DNA of 63,947 nt, the filler included, from Octopus bimaculoides (Eukaryota), in the NCBI RefSeq assembly GCF_001194135.2. It is 6 parts of 6 records of this genome, joined end to end, with 100 filler letters (N's around TTAATTAATTAA, not from the genome) between each part and the next. Parts side by side here need not be neighbours in the genome. Positions count along the whole stretch, not along the records: positions 7,971 to 32,787 come from NC_068991.1; 5 more parts are not named here. One strand, 5' to 3'. This document shows, piece after piece, positions 13,441 through 26,592 of the stretch. The number at the start of each line of letters is the position of its first letter. Position 1 is the stretch's first letter. A program made the position numbers and the translations under genes. The notes beneath the pieces are model-generated. The model did no database searches. It was not told the DNA's origin and was given only the letters and a program-made list of their open reading frames with translations.

Positions 13441-13804
13441 GCTCCGATATTGTATTAATGTCCAATTAAAAAAATTTGTTGGGAGGAATCGCATATTTTC
13501 TTTTCTTATGCGCATACACACATATATACACACACATACACATACACGTATACACCCCCGCCACACATGCACACATACATTTATAATGAATCTGTAAAAA
13601 AGCAGTGAAGTTTAGAAAATAATATTCCAGAACATATGAACCCTTCAAAAGGACATTATGCTGAGACAAATTCTTCAAGCATATCCCATAATAATGAGCA
13701 AATGAATGAACATAGCGCGAACGGAGGCCAAATTTCTCACAATAACTAACAGGTCCAACAGTAAAAAAAAAAAGCAGATCATGCGGAAGATCTTCTTGCA
13801 TGTT

Positions 13805-13997
13805 ACCTTCTCGAATCATACCGACCTATAAGGGCCGGTACCTTGGACTCCATGCGTATAAATTCCGCACCTAGATGGGACGTCAGCCCGTCACAGGATA
13901 ACTCATCTTTGCCAGCCGAGTAGACTGGAGCAATTTGAAATGAAGTGTTTTGCTCAAGAACGCAACGCGTCGCCCGATCCAGGAAATGAAGCCACAA
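13805..13997 (-). mobile_element. tRNA-derived SINE fragment (ttcttgagcaaaacacttcattt central domain)
   Basis: B-box-like head remnant and a conserved-looking central block, partly shared with 49575-49610 (cagtccactcagctggc). Confidence 0.6.
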
Positions 13998-15691
13998 TAT
14001 ATATATATATATATATATANNNNNNNNNNNNNNNNNNNNNNNNNNNNNNNNNNNNNNNNNNNNNNNNNNNNNNNNNNNNNNNNNNNNNNNNNNNNNNNNN
14101 NNNNNNNNNNNNNNNNNNNNNNNNNNNNNNNNNNNNNNNNNNNNNNNNNNNNNNNNNNNTATATATAGATATATATATATATATATACACATATATATAT
14201 ATATACCTTAATCACTAAGCCACGCGCCTTCACAGACAATAGTATTATCGTATTATCTTATTTGATAGAATGACAACAAAGATTGTACTGTCAATAGTTG
14301 AAATTAAATCAGTGTATTACATAATTATAAACTAGTAAATGTTCTTGCTTAGCATCGTGTTAAATATCTAATTCACTTACTGATTATAACGTGTAATTGT
14401 ACTTCTTTATTGTTCCTATTTTATAGCTTAAAGATATGGAGAAAAGGAATGGCTTTGTCTGGTATACAGAATTGTATCGGAGATGTCATAGATACGATTG
14501 GGCATTTTCTGAATTATGCTGCATGCGTTTTTTCATTTATTTTCCTTAATTACCAGTATTCATAATTAATACATCGGTATAGATAATTTTTTTCTTCGCT
14601 TTTTTTATATATTTAACATTCTTCGCATTTCAATAAATTTTACGTTTCATATCATTCTTCTTTGTCGAGCTATGAATATATGTTGTTCACGTATTTTTTC
14701 TATCATTGTTAAGTTTTATTAGCGTTCATGATTTTACGATTCTTACTGGAACAAGAATGGCTATTTTGACGCAGGAGTTTCTTAGTTTCTGATAATCTAA
14801 GTGGTTTGTTAGCGGAAATAAACTCCACTTGCAAATCACAGCAGAATGGAGTAAAGTTGAAGAAAGCACAAAAGAAATACGGTTTTTGTAAAACAATTCG
14901 ATGCTATATAAAGCTCATCGATTAGGAAAGCGTTGCTAGGAGCCTTCTGTCTTGTTATTTAGTTGTTCGAGATGGAGAAATATAGTTATTTCTTTTGATG
15001 TCTGAAAAATCAATAGTTATTATTTAAGATATGAAAAATATTGAGGTTGAATATTTTAAGATGTGTTCAATATTACGACGGTTGAATAAAAATTGGCCAC
15101 ATAAAATGAAACCGCAGTGAATTCATATTTTTATTCAAGAAACTTTTGGGCTTAGATATTTCTTTAAAAACAGCTTCATCTTAAAGGCTCAGATATTTCC
15201 ATAGACGTAGACTGTTTATTGTTGACGGATTGCAGTCTAGTTCGATGGAATGGTTTTGAGCTAGAACTTACGTCCTTGTTTCGAATGGGACGTTATGAAA
15301 AAATTTATTGAACTTCAGTTAAGCTCAACTACTTCTTTATTTCTATCTGCCCCCCTCATGTATCTAATGGGATGAAATTAGACAGAAAGTGTCCGAAAAC
15401 ATCTAGTTGGATTTATTTCTGATATTTTAGAAAAAGAATATAAGTTTCTATTGTTTACTTGTGAAAGTGAGCACAGTATGTCAAAGAGACAACTGTTAAA
15501 TTAACAACATCCAGAACGTTATTTATTCTGAAAATCATAGCGTGAGATTTGATTAAATATATATTTTAGTAAAAGTAAAATAGCACAATCAATAAAGCAT
15601 GTGAAAAAATTCTTAGGTTATATTGGTTTAAATTTTTACAATATGAGTTCAGCTTCACCTTTTATCCTTCCACAGTTGCAAAAGTGTAGTA

Positions 15692-16257
15692 CAGTTATAC
15701 CACAATTTACGAGGACACGTTTTACGAGACCCGAGTTTACGACTTTTATTTTATAATAGATTTTTCGAGCAAAAGATCTAAATTTTGAACGGAGTGAACA
15801 AGTCTCTACTACCATAAAAATGCTTCTGCGTGTTACCGAGAAATTTATAGAGAACGAAAAAGGCTTCTTCTAAGCAACTTCGAGACTTCGTGTAAAAAGA
15901 AGTCTACAAGTCCTTCTACGAGCGCTTGTGAATCTGTGATCACGTCTACGAGTGATGGTGTGCGCGAGTTTAGTGCGACTGATAGTGATGCAGAAAACGA
16001 TTGTAATAATAATATTTTCTATTATAAATGATTTTGACATTTTTTTTACTTTACATAGACTATTCTTTACATTCTACCGTTATTTTATTGCCATTTATTT
16101 ATCAGTATTATAAATTTTATTGGTAAAATATTTTTCTGGGAACGAATTACTATTTATAACATTGCTACTATGCGAAATTATTGTTCAGCTTTACGAGATA
16201 TTTCATTTTACGAGCTGTTTCCCTGAACAAATTAACTCGCATATCGAGGTATTATTA
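15692..16257. mobile_element. pogo/Tigger-like non-autonomous element
   Basis: Imperfect TIRs TA|cagttataccacaatttacgag and ctcgcatatcgaggtattatta|TA, with subterminal ttttacgag repeats. Confidence 0.55.
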
Positions 16258-16259
16258 TA

Positions 16260-16860
16260 CCAATTCAGTACTTGGGTTGACAAGATCAAAATTATAAACA
16301 ATACGCACCCAAAAGTTTTGGTCTTGTACACTTGTTAGAAAACATTAAACGTGTGTCTTGACTTTTAAACGTTTTCCCCTACAGTAAGTTATCTTATAAG
16401 ATAAGTACGCATCTTTAGTTTAGGTGTTCAAACACGTCTTTCATTTCATTTTATTTTAAGGATAGCGCTGTGATACATTGTTATCAAATAATTCTGCTCT
16501 TTGGCCAATCTAACAACCGACTTTGTGGTATTCATAGGACTTTCTGGGTATTGGACTAGAGATCTAATTTAATGTTTCCTTAAGTTTGGGAATATACTTA
16601 TCTAGAATAATTTTATTTAATCTACCTAGGTCAAAACTTCCTGGGAAAATTAATCTAACTTTAGGGTTGGAGAAAAGATTTTCTTTATGATTCTTGAAAA
16701 CAATTTTGGGTCTTCTAGACACAAAATGCTCATTTCTGTCATCAAGATCAAAATCACACTTATTTTTTTTAGCTTCTAAGTTGATATCTCTTAATACATT
16801 CTTATCAACTACCTTATAGTTACTAATGATTTCATATTCCGTATCGTCCATTAGAGTGTT
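16260..16860 (-). mobile_element. Penelope-like element (PLE) RT-region fragment
   Basis: FKNHKENLFSNPKVRLIFPGSFDLGRLNKIILDK resembles the KDHKENF..NPKCRLINPAKSELG.ISK.ILD motif of invertebrate PLE ORFs. It continues with stops as LDL*SNTQKVL* (W>stop). Confidence 0.7.
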
Positions 16861-17402
16861 TTTGTTGTTTTTTTCATTGTAGCTGATGTGTGACTGAATA
16901 GTTAACGCTCACGCTCATATTACCTAGACATTTGAATTAATTTTTACCATCCAGCAGTCCTTTCACACGGAATTTCGTCTATCTTTAAACCATGATTCTG
17001 AAGTAACTTATATATAAGGGAACTGTTATTGTGTATGCATATCAGAAAATGTATATAAGCCGAAAAACTTTGTTCGCCTCTTATGTTTTTTAATAATTGT
17101 TTGTTATATAATATTATGATATATTGTACATCAAGTAATATTATAAATAAATAAATTATTGGATTGTCAATAGTATCTCTCTATTTTATCTTTATATATA
17201 TATATATATACAACCATCCAGATTTCTGAGTACCTTAATTTTTTTCTATAATATAATTCCTGTACATCACCTCCAAACCTTCCAATATATATATATATAT
17301 ATAAAGATGTATTATTACCGTTATTAATGATATTAATAAGGTAATAATAAGTTGACTAGGAGGTTTACACCGTTGCAGGCACAATATTAGCTAAATTCAA
17401 AT

Positions 17403-17778
17403 CAGTAGGATTTATAATACCACTTACTAAAATCAGAGCCAAGGCTCAAAAACCACCAGAAACCTACAATAAAGATACACACGAGCAATGCAATGAACAT
17501 ATAAGGTATAGGCTTACCTTTGCGTTGAATGCATCAGTAATGTATATTTCAATACCAATTGATTTTATCGTCTGTATGACCAACATACTCATGGAATCGT
17601 CAGAGTATGTTGGTTATACCGTGGGTGAAATCAATTGGTACTTACTGATGTATTCAACGCAAAGTTAAGCCTATTTCTCATATGTTCATTGCATTGCTCG
17701 TGTGTATCTTTATTGTGAGTCTCTGGTGGTTTTTGAGATTGCTTCTAATTTTAGCAGTTGGTATCATATACTCTACTG
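17403..17778. repeat. Long foldback inverted repeat (188/176-bp arms, 12-nt loop)
   Basis: For example, acaataaagatacacacgagcaatgcaatgaacatat is exactly inverted at ~17682-17718. The loop is atggaatcgtca (17591-17602), and there is one 12-nt indel. Confidence 0.9.
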
Positions 17779-17920
17779 CCTCTTACACCAAAGTGGTATT
17801 ATATACGTCAAACTGCCTCCTCCACCAAATGTCGCATATCAGAGGAGGTTTAGTGAAAGTGTAGCAAAGTAAATGGCAGTGCCCCTGCATGGCAATAGTC
17901 CTTTGACTGAAACTTAAGAG

Positions 17921-17955
<35 letters not shown>

Positions 17956-17966
17956 NNNNNNNNNNT

Positions 17967-18119
17967 TTCAGTTTCCGTCTACCAAATTCACTCACAAGGC
18001 TTTGGTCGGCTCGAGGCTATAGTAGAAGACACTTGCCCAAGGTGCCACGCAGTGGGACTGAACCCGGAACCATGTGATTAGTAAGCAAGCTATTTACCAC
18101 ACCGCCACTCCTGCGCCTG
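17967..18119 (-). mobile_element. SINE family B 5' half (internal microsatellite ends in gap)
   Basis: The reverse complement gives the tRNA-like head, ggcaccttgggcaagtgtcttctactatagc and ggtagacggaaactga. Confidence 0.8.
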
Positions 18120-19999
18120 TAATATATATATATAAATACATATATACATACACATACATACATACATACATACATACATACATGTATATACATACATATA
18201 TCGTTTTTGTATTTGATTTGGGAGATTCTTCATGTGAAATACAGACTTTATATACACTAATGCTTGCCGTAGCAAGTTGTCTCATCTACACTGTATGTTA
18301 ACCACAATTCTATGATTTTCAAACCGAACTATATAAAAAATGATTCTTTTTTTTGTTTTTAGAAAACATAAGAAAACATAATATGATTAATTATGGTCGT
18401 TTTTTATTAACGGCTTTAAGCAGAGTAAGCCAATCTTTGAAACTGTTTCAGTTCATTTGCCTCTTTGATACTATCTGTTTAAGGCTGACTAAAGAACTTC
18501 TATATATTAGTAAATGTCACTTAACAGGTTAAAAAAAAACTATTATGTTCATTGAAGAGATTTTTCTGGAATTTTGACATAACNNNNNNNNNNNNNNNNN
18601 NNNNNNNNNNNNNNNNNNNNNNNNNNNNNNNNNNNNNNNNNNNNNNNNNNNNNNNNNNNNNNNNNNNNNNNNNNNNNNNNNNNNNNNNNNNNNNNNNNNN
18701 NNNNNNNNNNNNNNNNNNNNNNNNNNNNNNNNNNNNNNNNNNNNNNNNNNNNNNNNNNNNNNNNNNNNNNNNNNNNNNNNNNNNNNNNNNNNNNNNNNNN
18801 NNNNNNNNNNNNNNNNNNNNNNNNNNNNNNNNNNNNNNNNNNNNNNNNNNNNNNNNNNNNNNNNNNNNNNNNNNNNNNNNNNNNNNNNNNNNNNNNNNNN
18901 NNNNNNNNNNNNNNNNNNNNNNNNNNNNNNNNNNNNNNNNNNNNNNNNNNNNNNNNNNNNNNNNNNNNNNNNNNNNNNNNNNNNNNNNNNNNNNNNNNNN
19001 NNNNNNNNNNNNNNNNNNNNNNNNNNNNNNNNNNNNNNNNNNNNNNNNNNNNNNNNNNNNNNNNNNNNNNNNNNNNNNNNNNNNNNNNNNNNNNNNNNNN
19101 NNNNNNNNNNNNNNNNNNNNNNNNNNNNNNNNNNNNNNNNNNNNNNNNNNNNNNNNNNNNNNNNNNNNNNNNNNNNNNNNNNNNNNNNNNNNNNNNNNNN
19201 NNNNNNNNNNNNNNNNNNNNNNNNNNNNNNNNNNNNNNNNNNNNNNNNNNNNNNNNNNNNNNNNNNNNNNNNNNNNNNNNNNNNNNNNNNNNNNNNNNNN
19301 NNNNNNNNNNNNNNNNNNNNNNNNNNNNNNNNNNNNNNNNNNNNNNNNNNNNNNNNNNNNNNNNNNNNNNNNNNNNNNNNNNNTATATATTTATATATAT
19401 ATACATATGCATATACGTGTACAGGACGTTACCAACGGTGCAAATAACATGAACTACGTAAACAACGACAAAAAAAAGGAAAACAAGACAAGTAAACACA
19501 GAGAAAGGACACTTCATTAGTTGTCGGTTGTCTATCCACTCTTTATTTCTAGCATTCAACGACAATATAAGTCTTCTAAGACAGTTGCTCTCATAAATTC
19601 TAAAATAAAATTTGTGGAACAAAAACTTGACAGTGGGGACATACAGGGAAACCGAACGAAACAAACATGGAGCCTCGTTAGACCAGAACGAGAGGAAAAT
19701 AGTGAAACCTGGGAGAAATGCCATTTTTGAAAAGAGAATGGAAAGAAGAGAGAGGAAAAACAAAAACATGCCCGTTCTTTTGAACGTGCGTCCAGGAACA
19801 GAATATATATATATACATAAACATATATATTTATGTGTGTGTACATATACAATAGTATATGTCTATGTGCATAGGTGTTTGTTTATATTGTATTTATACA
19901 CGTATGTATATACTTAAATATTTGTAAATGTATGTGTGTATAGACATATTATTGTGGGCCAGTATATATGTACTTAGATAGTTAGATAGTTACTTAAGT

Positions 20000-20545
20000 T
20001 GGGGCCAGAATTTGCCCAGGACATGTCTAGCTTAATAGCATCATTTGGAAAAGACATTTAACAATAGCCCATTCTATTAAAAAGTTAATATTTGTAGGGA
20101 TATATCTGGGTGTATGTAGTTTATCTAGATTTTTTTAAAGATATTCGTTCAGGACCATTTGAATGTTAGGAGATCTTTTCCGTTTCTTATGTAGCTTGGT
20201 AGTATGTCGAAGAAAGCAGAACCGGTTGAGGTGAAATAGTTCTGTCTTAGTGTTGTGATGCGACGCGAAACATGACTTTTGTATAGGATGGATGACATGT
20301 TGACGAAGGCTTGGGTGAATTTAAAAGTTTATGCCAACATCATTTGGGTAGTGTCTTTGGAATATTTTTCACATCATCCAAATGATCAGCATTCACGGCG
20401 ACGTTGAAGGGGATAAAGTTTGAGCTTCTGAAGAAGATCCCAATAATGAATACCTGTCATTTCGTCTATTTTCCTTGTGATCGACCATTAGGGTGCTTCA
20501 ATTTTTACAATTTGCTTCGTTTATGGAGACCACACCGGTCAACAG
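20000..20545 (-). mobile_element. CR1/L2-group LINE ORF2 C-terminal fragment
   Basis: The minus strand reads PVWSP...ITRKIDEMTGIHYWDLLQKLKLYPLQRRRE and later FDILPSYIRNGKDLLTFK...LDK, with stops. Confidence 0.8.
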
Positions 20546-20644
20546 TATTCAAGGTAACGGCAGGCAAAAGTGGAGAAGAGAAGGATAATGGTTGAAGTGT
20601 TTCTAGACCGAAAAGGTTTGAAGATCCAGGAGCAAGCCCTGCGG

Positions 20645-20711
<67 letters not shown>

Positions 20712-20779
20712 CAGAATGGGCTGAGCGATGCGTTTGCGTCTGTATCTATGTGTGTGCATGTGTGTGTGTGCCATACGCG

Positions 20780-20821
<42 letters not shown>

Positions 20822-21502
20822 CACAGAAAGACAGAATGGGCTGAGCGAAGCAGCAGTATATAGGTGGACGGAAAATGTCACGGAAGCGGTGACAGATGTG
20901 TGACGAAAGATTTGCGAACAATGGACACCAGTTAAAATAAGAACAGTAATAAATAAGTGAAAAAGGACGCTATATATATATGACGGGTGTTTAGTTGGCA
21001 ACAAATATAAATATAAAAACTGACCATCCCGAAATGTAACAATTTATATATAATAATTGATTAAAGAATCAGAAGATGGATTTGTTATTAGTCCTTATGT
21101 TGTACGATAATCATTTCGACCCATCCTGCTACTGCCCCAAACCGTGCCAGTGCTTTATTCAACACATTAACACACTAATCGACATATACTCATTAGTCCA
21201 AAATATTACACACACACACACATTTCTCAATGTTTACGTGTGCGTGTGTGTGTATACAGGCATAAACCCCCACACATAGACATCAATATTTGTGTACGTG
21301 TATATATATCCATGTGTGTATCTATGTGTTTATTCTTGTAATCATTTCCAAGACACTCCTCTAAGAAAATAAAAAATTGGAATCACTAGGTTATTTTAGG
21401 AACAGAAGGTGTATTCTTAATCGCCATTAATAAGATCAATCAGATCAATATAACTGAAATAGCCACCAATCCTGATAGTAGTCTGTATTGTTAAATCAAT
21501 GT

Positions 21503-21537
<35 letters not shown>

Positions 21538-21547
21538 NNNNNNNNNN

Positions 21548-21580
<33 letters not shown>

Positions 21581-21809
21581 TTAACAGTATATGTGTGTGT
21601 GTGTGAGTGTGTATGTACACACACACCAGACACGCGCACACACGCACAAACACATATATTTATGGTATTGCTTATGTTAGCATTACTGCTAATGTCTTAA
21701 CAAAGGCGAGAAAGTAGCAGACATAATAAGAAACCGGACAAAACGCCCTCGTATATTTAGTTTCTCGTATCCACATAGAAAATTCTGACAAAATGGAATC
21801 TGACTTACC

Positions 21810-21939
21810 TCGCTGGGCCCAAAAGTATTTAATTGCAATGTGCTTTATACAATCAATGTTTTTATCTTCTGTTTCTTGAAGTCTTATATCATCAATGCAA
21901 GAAATTGTTTTTATTATTATTATAAAACATAGCATTAAC
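21810..21939 (-). CDS. Candidate internal exon (5' boundary uncertain)
   Basis: ...IDDIRLQETEDKNIDCIKHIAIKYFWAQR ends at a consensus donor gag|gtaagt (phase 1), compatible with the phase-1 start of 5625-5944. Confidence 0.3.
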
Positions 21940-22015
21940 CTGACAATCATTAGAAAGCCGGATACAAATGCCTTGTAATATTTCCTTGTGGTTTCTAATT
22001 CTGCAGGAAGCCTAC

Positions 22016-22113
22016 TTTAATTTATCCATCCAGGTTCGATAAGATAAAGAACCAATCACATGTTGGGATGTGATATAATCGGCTATCTTCTCAGGAAATT
22101 GCTGGTCTTGTGT
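22016..22113 (-). CDS. Candidate internal exon
   Basis: Strong acceptor ttgttattttctttttaaatttag|. The only open frame is TQDQQFPEKIADYITSQHVIGSLSYRTWMDKL, with donor aa|gtaggc. Confidence 0.35.
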
Positions 22114-24170
22114 CTAAATTTAAAAAGAAAATAACAAATTATTATAAATGCATACCTACGGACTGATAGAATCGTTAGTGTCGGTCACAAACGAACTGTG
22201 TTCATCAAGTTCTTGAGCGTGTGGTGATCTGTGCATATTTCAATAAAATCAATCATAATTTTCTGCATACAGATCAATGCGAAACTGATGAAATATAAGC
22301 TCTTATTTAAGTTTTAAGTTTTAAAAGAAGCCAGTTTACATGAGAGAATCATTTACTTAATAATATATTATTAAAGGATTCAACAACTTCTCATTAGCAT
22401 ATTACATCGCCATCTTGTATGAGATTGTCGCTGGTATCGAGTGAAGATATTACAAATCTGATATTTCGAGAAGATACTGAAGAGAGTACAGGGCGAGCGA
22501 AGATAAAAGTTATCAATAACTCGTATTTATGATGATGTAAATGCGTCCGTGAGTATTGCTTCTCAGTTTTCAGAAATGACCCTTCTGTACGTTCCTATAG
22601 GATTTGGGCTCTTTAAAATGATTCGCATTGATTCGACAGCAATGATGCATAGAATTAATAGCTTCACGTAGCCTTAATACAATTAATCTTTCTTAATGTT
22701 CAACGTTAACAAGATAATTGAAGCTAAGTGACTAAACAGGGGAATAGAAACGGGTTTACAAATTATTAGAAAAACTCGGTGAATGGTCATATAAGCTGAA
22801 GTAGCATTAGTTCCATGTATGTATGTGTGTATGTATGTATGTATGTATGTAGGCATGTATGTATGTGTATGTATGTATGTATGTATGTATGTGTGTGCAT
22901 GTTTGTATGCATGTATGTATGTATGTATGCATGTATGTATGTACGTATGTATGTATGTATGCACGTGTGCATGCATGTCTGTATAGATTCATGTATGTAT
23001 GTATGCTGTATGAGCATTATAAAATATTTTATAAGGTTGTATTAGTTTTATGTAATGATGTGGGTTGTTTGTTACAAACAAGACTACATAATTGGAATAT
23101 AGATTACGCAATATTAAAGTAATAGTTTTTGCATGTCCAAAAAGAAGAAAAGAATAAATAAGATAAAATAAAATAAACTAGCATATTTTTACTGTTTAAT
23201 TTTGAAATAGAATTTGCAGAACAGCTGTTAAATGATCTTTTTTTGCCTGAACACAGCAATCCTGTTTTAAAAAGAAATTTATTCACATAACTATATACGC
23301 TTGTATTTATAGTTGCAAATATAGATATTAATTGTTGCCAGACAACACATAGGCCTCTATATACTTAATCATAAATGTTTCTTTTCCAACTATGTTTAAT
23401 AGAAATTTACATACACATCTGGCAGTTAACTTCCATGGCAGTAAATAAGATTTCCTTATTGTTTCTACTATTCATTCCATCTGTCATATGAACCAACGTA
23501 AACGGAAAGCTAGTAAGTGAAATATAGCAATCTATGCATGGGTATGTTTCCCGAGTACTTAAGACCGATGTTAATATTTAGCAAGATGTGTAACCGTTCT
23601 TGGAACAGCCTACTACACCTCGTCATATTTTGAAGGTTATACTACTGCAATATATGGAGAAGAGACAACTAAAAATTATCCGTTGTACAATGCAAATGGC
23701 GAAACGTAACTCAACATGATGTGACTGAAAATTGCCCTAACTATGGAATACATTAAACGTGGGATCATTAGTGATCCAGAATATCTTCAAGGTAACCTGA
23801 CGCTGTTGATGAAACAATATCCAACGTCATTCATATGAAGGGTTTCCATTCAAGTTTATATGATATTTATGACATTTAGCACATCCAAACTCTTTAAAAC
23901 AAGAAACATAGATTGAATGTGCCATAAACATTTTATGCTAATGTTAAAAATATCAAACCAGAGTGGTTTGCATTAGCAGGGAAAAAACAAAAAAAGGGAA
24001 GCGTTATCCACTGCAATGGACGTCAAATTGCCCAATGCGATAATTTTGTTCAAAAGTAGAAAGAAAAGCGACCCCCCCCCAAACCTGGGGATCCCGTTTT
24101 AAGGCTTTTAGTTGGTGGATACAATTTTTTAAAATTTATGTTCAGCAAGTAATTCTCGTAGTAACACTAC

Positions 24171-24276
24171 GATGCGCATTAGGATTGCTCTTAAGCCTAT
24201 TTCTCTCGGCTCATTATATAAGTCTGTGATGTCACTATGTCTTTGGAAGCTGCTAAATGATGTTTCGAGCCGAAGA
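24171..24276 (-). CDS. Candidate internal exon
   Basis: Acceptor tattgatatccag|, frame LRLETSFSSFQRHSDITDLYNEPREIGLRAILMRI and a weak donor atc|gtagtg (phase 2 in, phase 0 out). Confidence 0.3.
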
Positions 24277-24321
24277 CTGGATATCAATAGATTAAAGTTC
24301 TTCTTGTACGCACATACATAC

Positions 24322-24363
<42 letters not shown>

Positions 24364-24418
24364 GCATGAATGCATACATGCATATATATATATATATATA
24401 TACATACACACACACACA

Positions 24419-24471
<53 letters not shown>

Positions 24472-25154
24472 NNNNNNNNNNNNNNNNNNNNNNNNNNNNN
24501 NNNNNNNNNNNNNNNNNNNNNNNNNNNNNNNNNNNNNNNNNNNNNNNNNNNNNNNNNNNNNNNNNNNNNNNNNNNNNNNNNNNNNNNNNNNNNNNNNNNN
24601 NNNNNNNNNNNNNNNNNNNNNNNNNNNNNNNNNNNNNNNNNNNNNNNNNNNNNNNNNNNNNNNNNNNNNNNNNNNNNNNNNNNNNNNNNNNNNNNNNNNN
24701 NNNNNNNNNNNNNNNNNNNNNNNNNNNNNNNNNNNNNNNNNNNNNNNNNNNNNNNNNNNNNNNNNNNNNNNNNNNNNNNNNNNNNNNNNNNNNNNNNNNN
24801 NNNNNNNNNNNNNNNNNNNNNNNNNNNNNNNNNNNNNNNNNNNNNNNNNNNNNNNNNNNNNNNNNNNNNNNNNNNNNNNNNNNNNNNNNNNNNNNNNNNN
24901 NNNNAAAATAACTGTATCATGAAGAACATTTTAGTACCAGTTACAGTCGTTGCAACTTTTTCAACTTAGAGTAAAGTATGAAAATCAATTAAACTGTGAA
25001 AAAATTAAACGACAGGAGTTAAACTCCCGGTTCGATAATAATACGAGTGAGTAGTTCAATACGGGTCTTGTATGAGCATGTATATGTTAAATATAATGAG
25101 ACAACAAAGCCAAAGCTGTGTGGAATTTTCAAGTCATTTATAAAGTGAAAGTTA

Positions 25155-25202
25155 GTCTTACAGCTGTTTCTGGGATATTAGGGATATCCCTTCATCAGAG
25201 AC
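25155..25202 (-). ncRNA. Minimal type I hammerhead ribozyme motif in a PLE-like terminal repeat
   Basis: Minus strand: gtct-CTGATGA-a-gggata(tccctaa)tatccc-a-GAAA-C-agct-GTA-agac. It has a 4-bp stem I, a 6-bp stem II, a palindromic stem III and a GUA cleavage triplet. An A.A mismatch closes stem II. Confidence 0.65.
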
Positions 25203-26096
25203 GATGTGTGATGGTTAAATAGAGGAAAATAATAGAGTTCAGTATGAGGAGTTATTTTGGAAAAGGAAGCAAATAAAGAGTGTATAGGGAAATAGGAGAA
25301 GGAATGTAGAAATGAAAATAAATAAAAGTGTATAAAAAGGTTGCAGCTATAACATTTTTATACACTCACACACACATACATATAATACGCTGCTTGTATT
25401 TGTATGTCTACTGCTTTATGTGAATAAGACTTACTCATTAAGTATATGTATCTGCAGTTTATGCAGATACATATACCTGAAGATATTGTAAATACTTTCA
25501 TGATCGAAGCTAAGGCTTTCAATAACCGCAATATTTGTGCCTCTTCTGATGCGGTGCGCTGGCAGAATTGTTATCGTGTCGAGCAAAATGCTTATGATCT
25601 GAGTTCAAATTCCGCCGACGTTGCCTTTCATTTTTTGTGGTCGATAAAATAAGTGCCAGTTAAGTACTGCGATCAATGTAATTGATTTATCTTCTCCCCA
25701 AAATTGCCATCCTTGTGCCAAATTTTGAAGCCATTATTATTTACGTTCCTGTTGTTAATATTAATATCACATTCTAAGTTCAAAACCTGCCGAGATCAGC
25801 TTTACTTTTTATCATTTCGATAAAATAAAGTAGCAGTCTAACACTGTGATCAATATAATAGATCAATCCCCACTGCTGAATATTGCCAGCATTGTGCTAA
25901 AAATTTATTGTTCTTCTTTTTTATAATTATTACTAATGTTGTTGTAATTATTGTTATTGTTATTATTATTAAAATTTCGCCGAGGTTGACTTTGCCTTTT
26001 ATCGTTTTCGGGGTCAATAAATTAAGTACCAGTGAAACACTGGAGTCGATGTAATCGACTATCATCATCATTATCATCATTGTTATTATTATTATT

Positions 26097-26528
26097 TTAT
26101 GTTTGACTTTTGTTTTGCATTTCTACAAGTTGGATCCAAGTCTCACCCAGAGACCTCAAGAGACAACAAGTTAGAAGTTCATGTAGGTGTTATGCCTAGG
26201 GTACCATATATTTGGATTTGTACAGTTTTGTTCTAGTGAATGTTTAAGAAACAATAAGAAAATTGTGTTTGTTTTAAAATTTGAGATCACATAGACAGTA
26301 TTTTACGTAGGATATGGGCAGTTCCCATGAGCACTATCTTTTGAACTTCAGCCATTTTGGGGTTTCCTGGTATCTGAGCTAGGTAGTAATCAGCCCGTTT
26401 CGCCGTCATTTCCAGGGCACCTATAACAATAGGTATTGTTTTTGTCTTCAGATTCCACATTTTGCTAATTTCTATTTCAAGATCTTTATATTTGCTCAGT
26501 TTTTGGTAGGTCTTGACAGATACGTTTA

Positions 26529-26532
<4 letters not shown>
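26097..26532 (-). mobile_element. 5'-truncated R4/Dong-clade (RLE-type) non-LTR retrotransposon
   Basis: Open frame 26532-26287: NINVSVKTYQKLSKYKDLEIEISKMWNLKTKTIPIVIGAL...EVQKIVLMGTAHILRKILSM*, matching the R4/Dong endonuclease C-terminus. A ~190-nt 3' UTR follows, and (TTA)n lies on both sides. Confidence 0.85.

Positions 26533-26592
<60 letters not shown>

Noticed and set aside
13128-13597. YIYI/HTHT/CVCV/MYVC/poly-I/poly-Y/poly-L ORFs throughout the window
   Set aside because: They are translations of microsatellites.
20640-20850. Direct duplication of cacagaaagacagaatgggctgagcga after (CA)n
   Set aside because: This is a simple microsatellite-mediated local duplication or assembly stutter.
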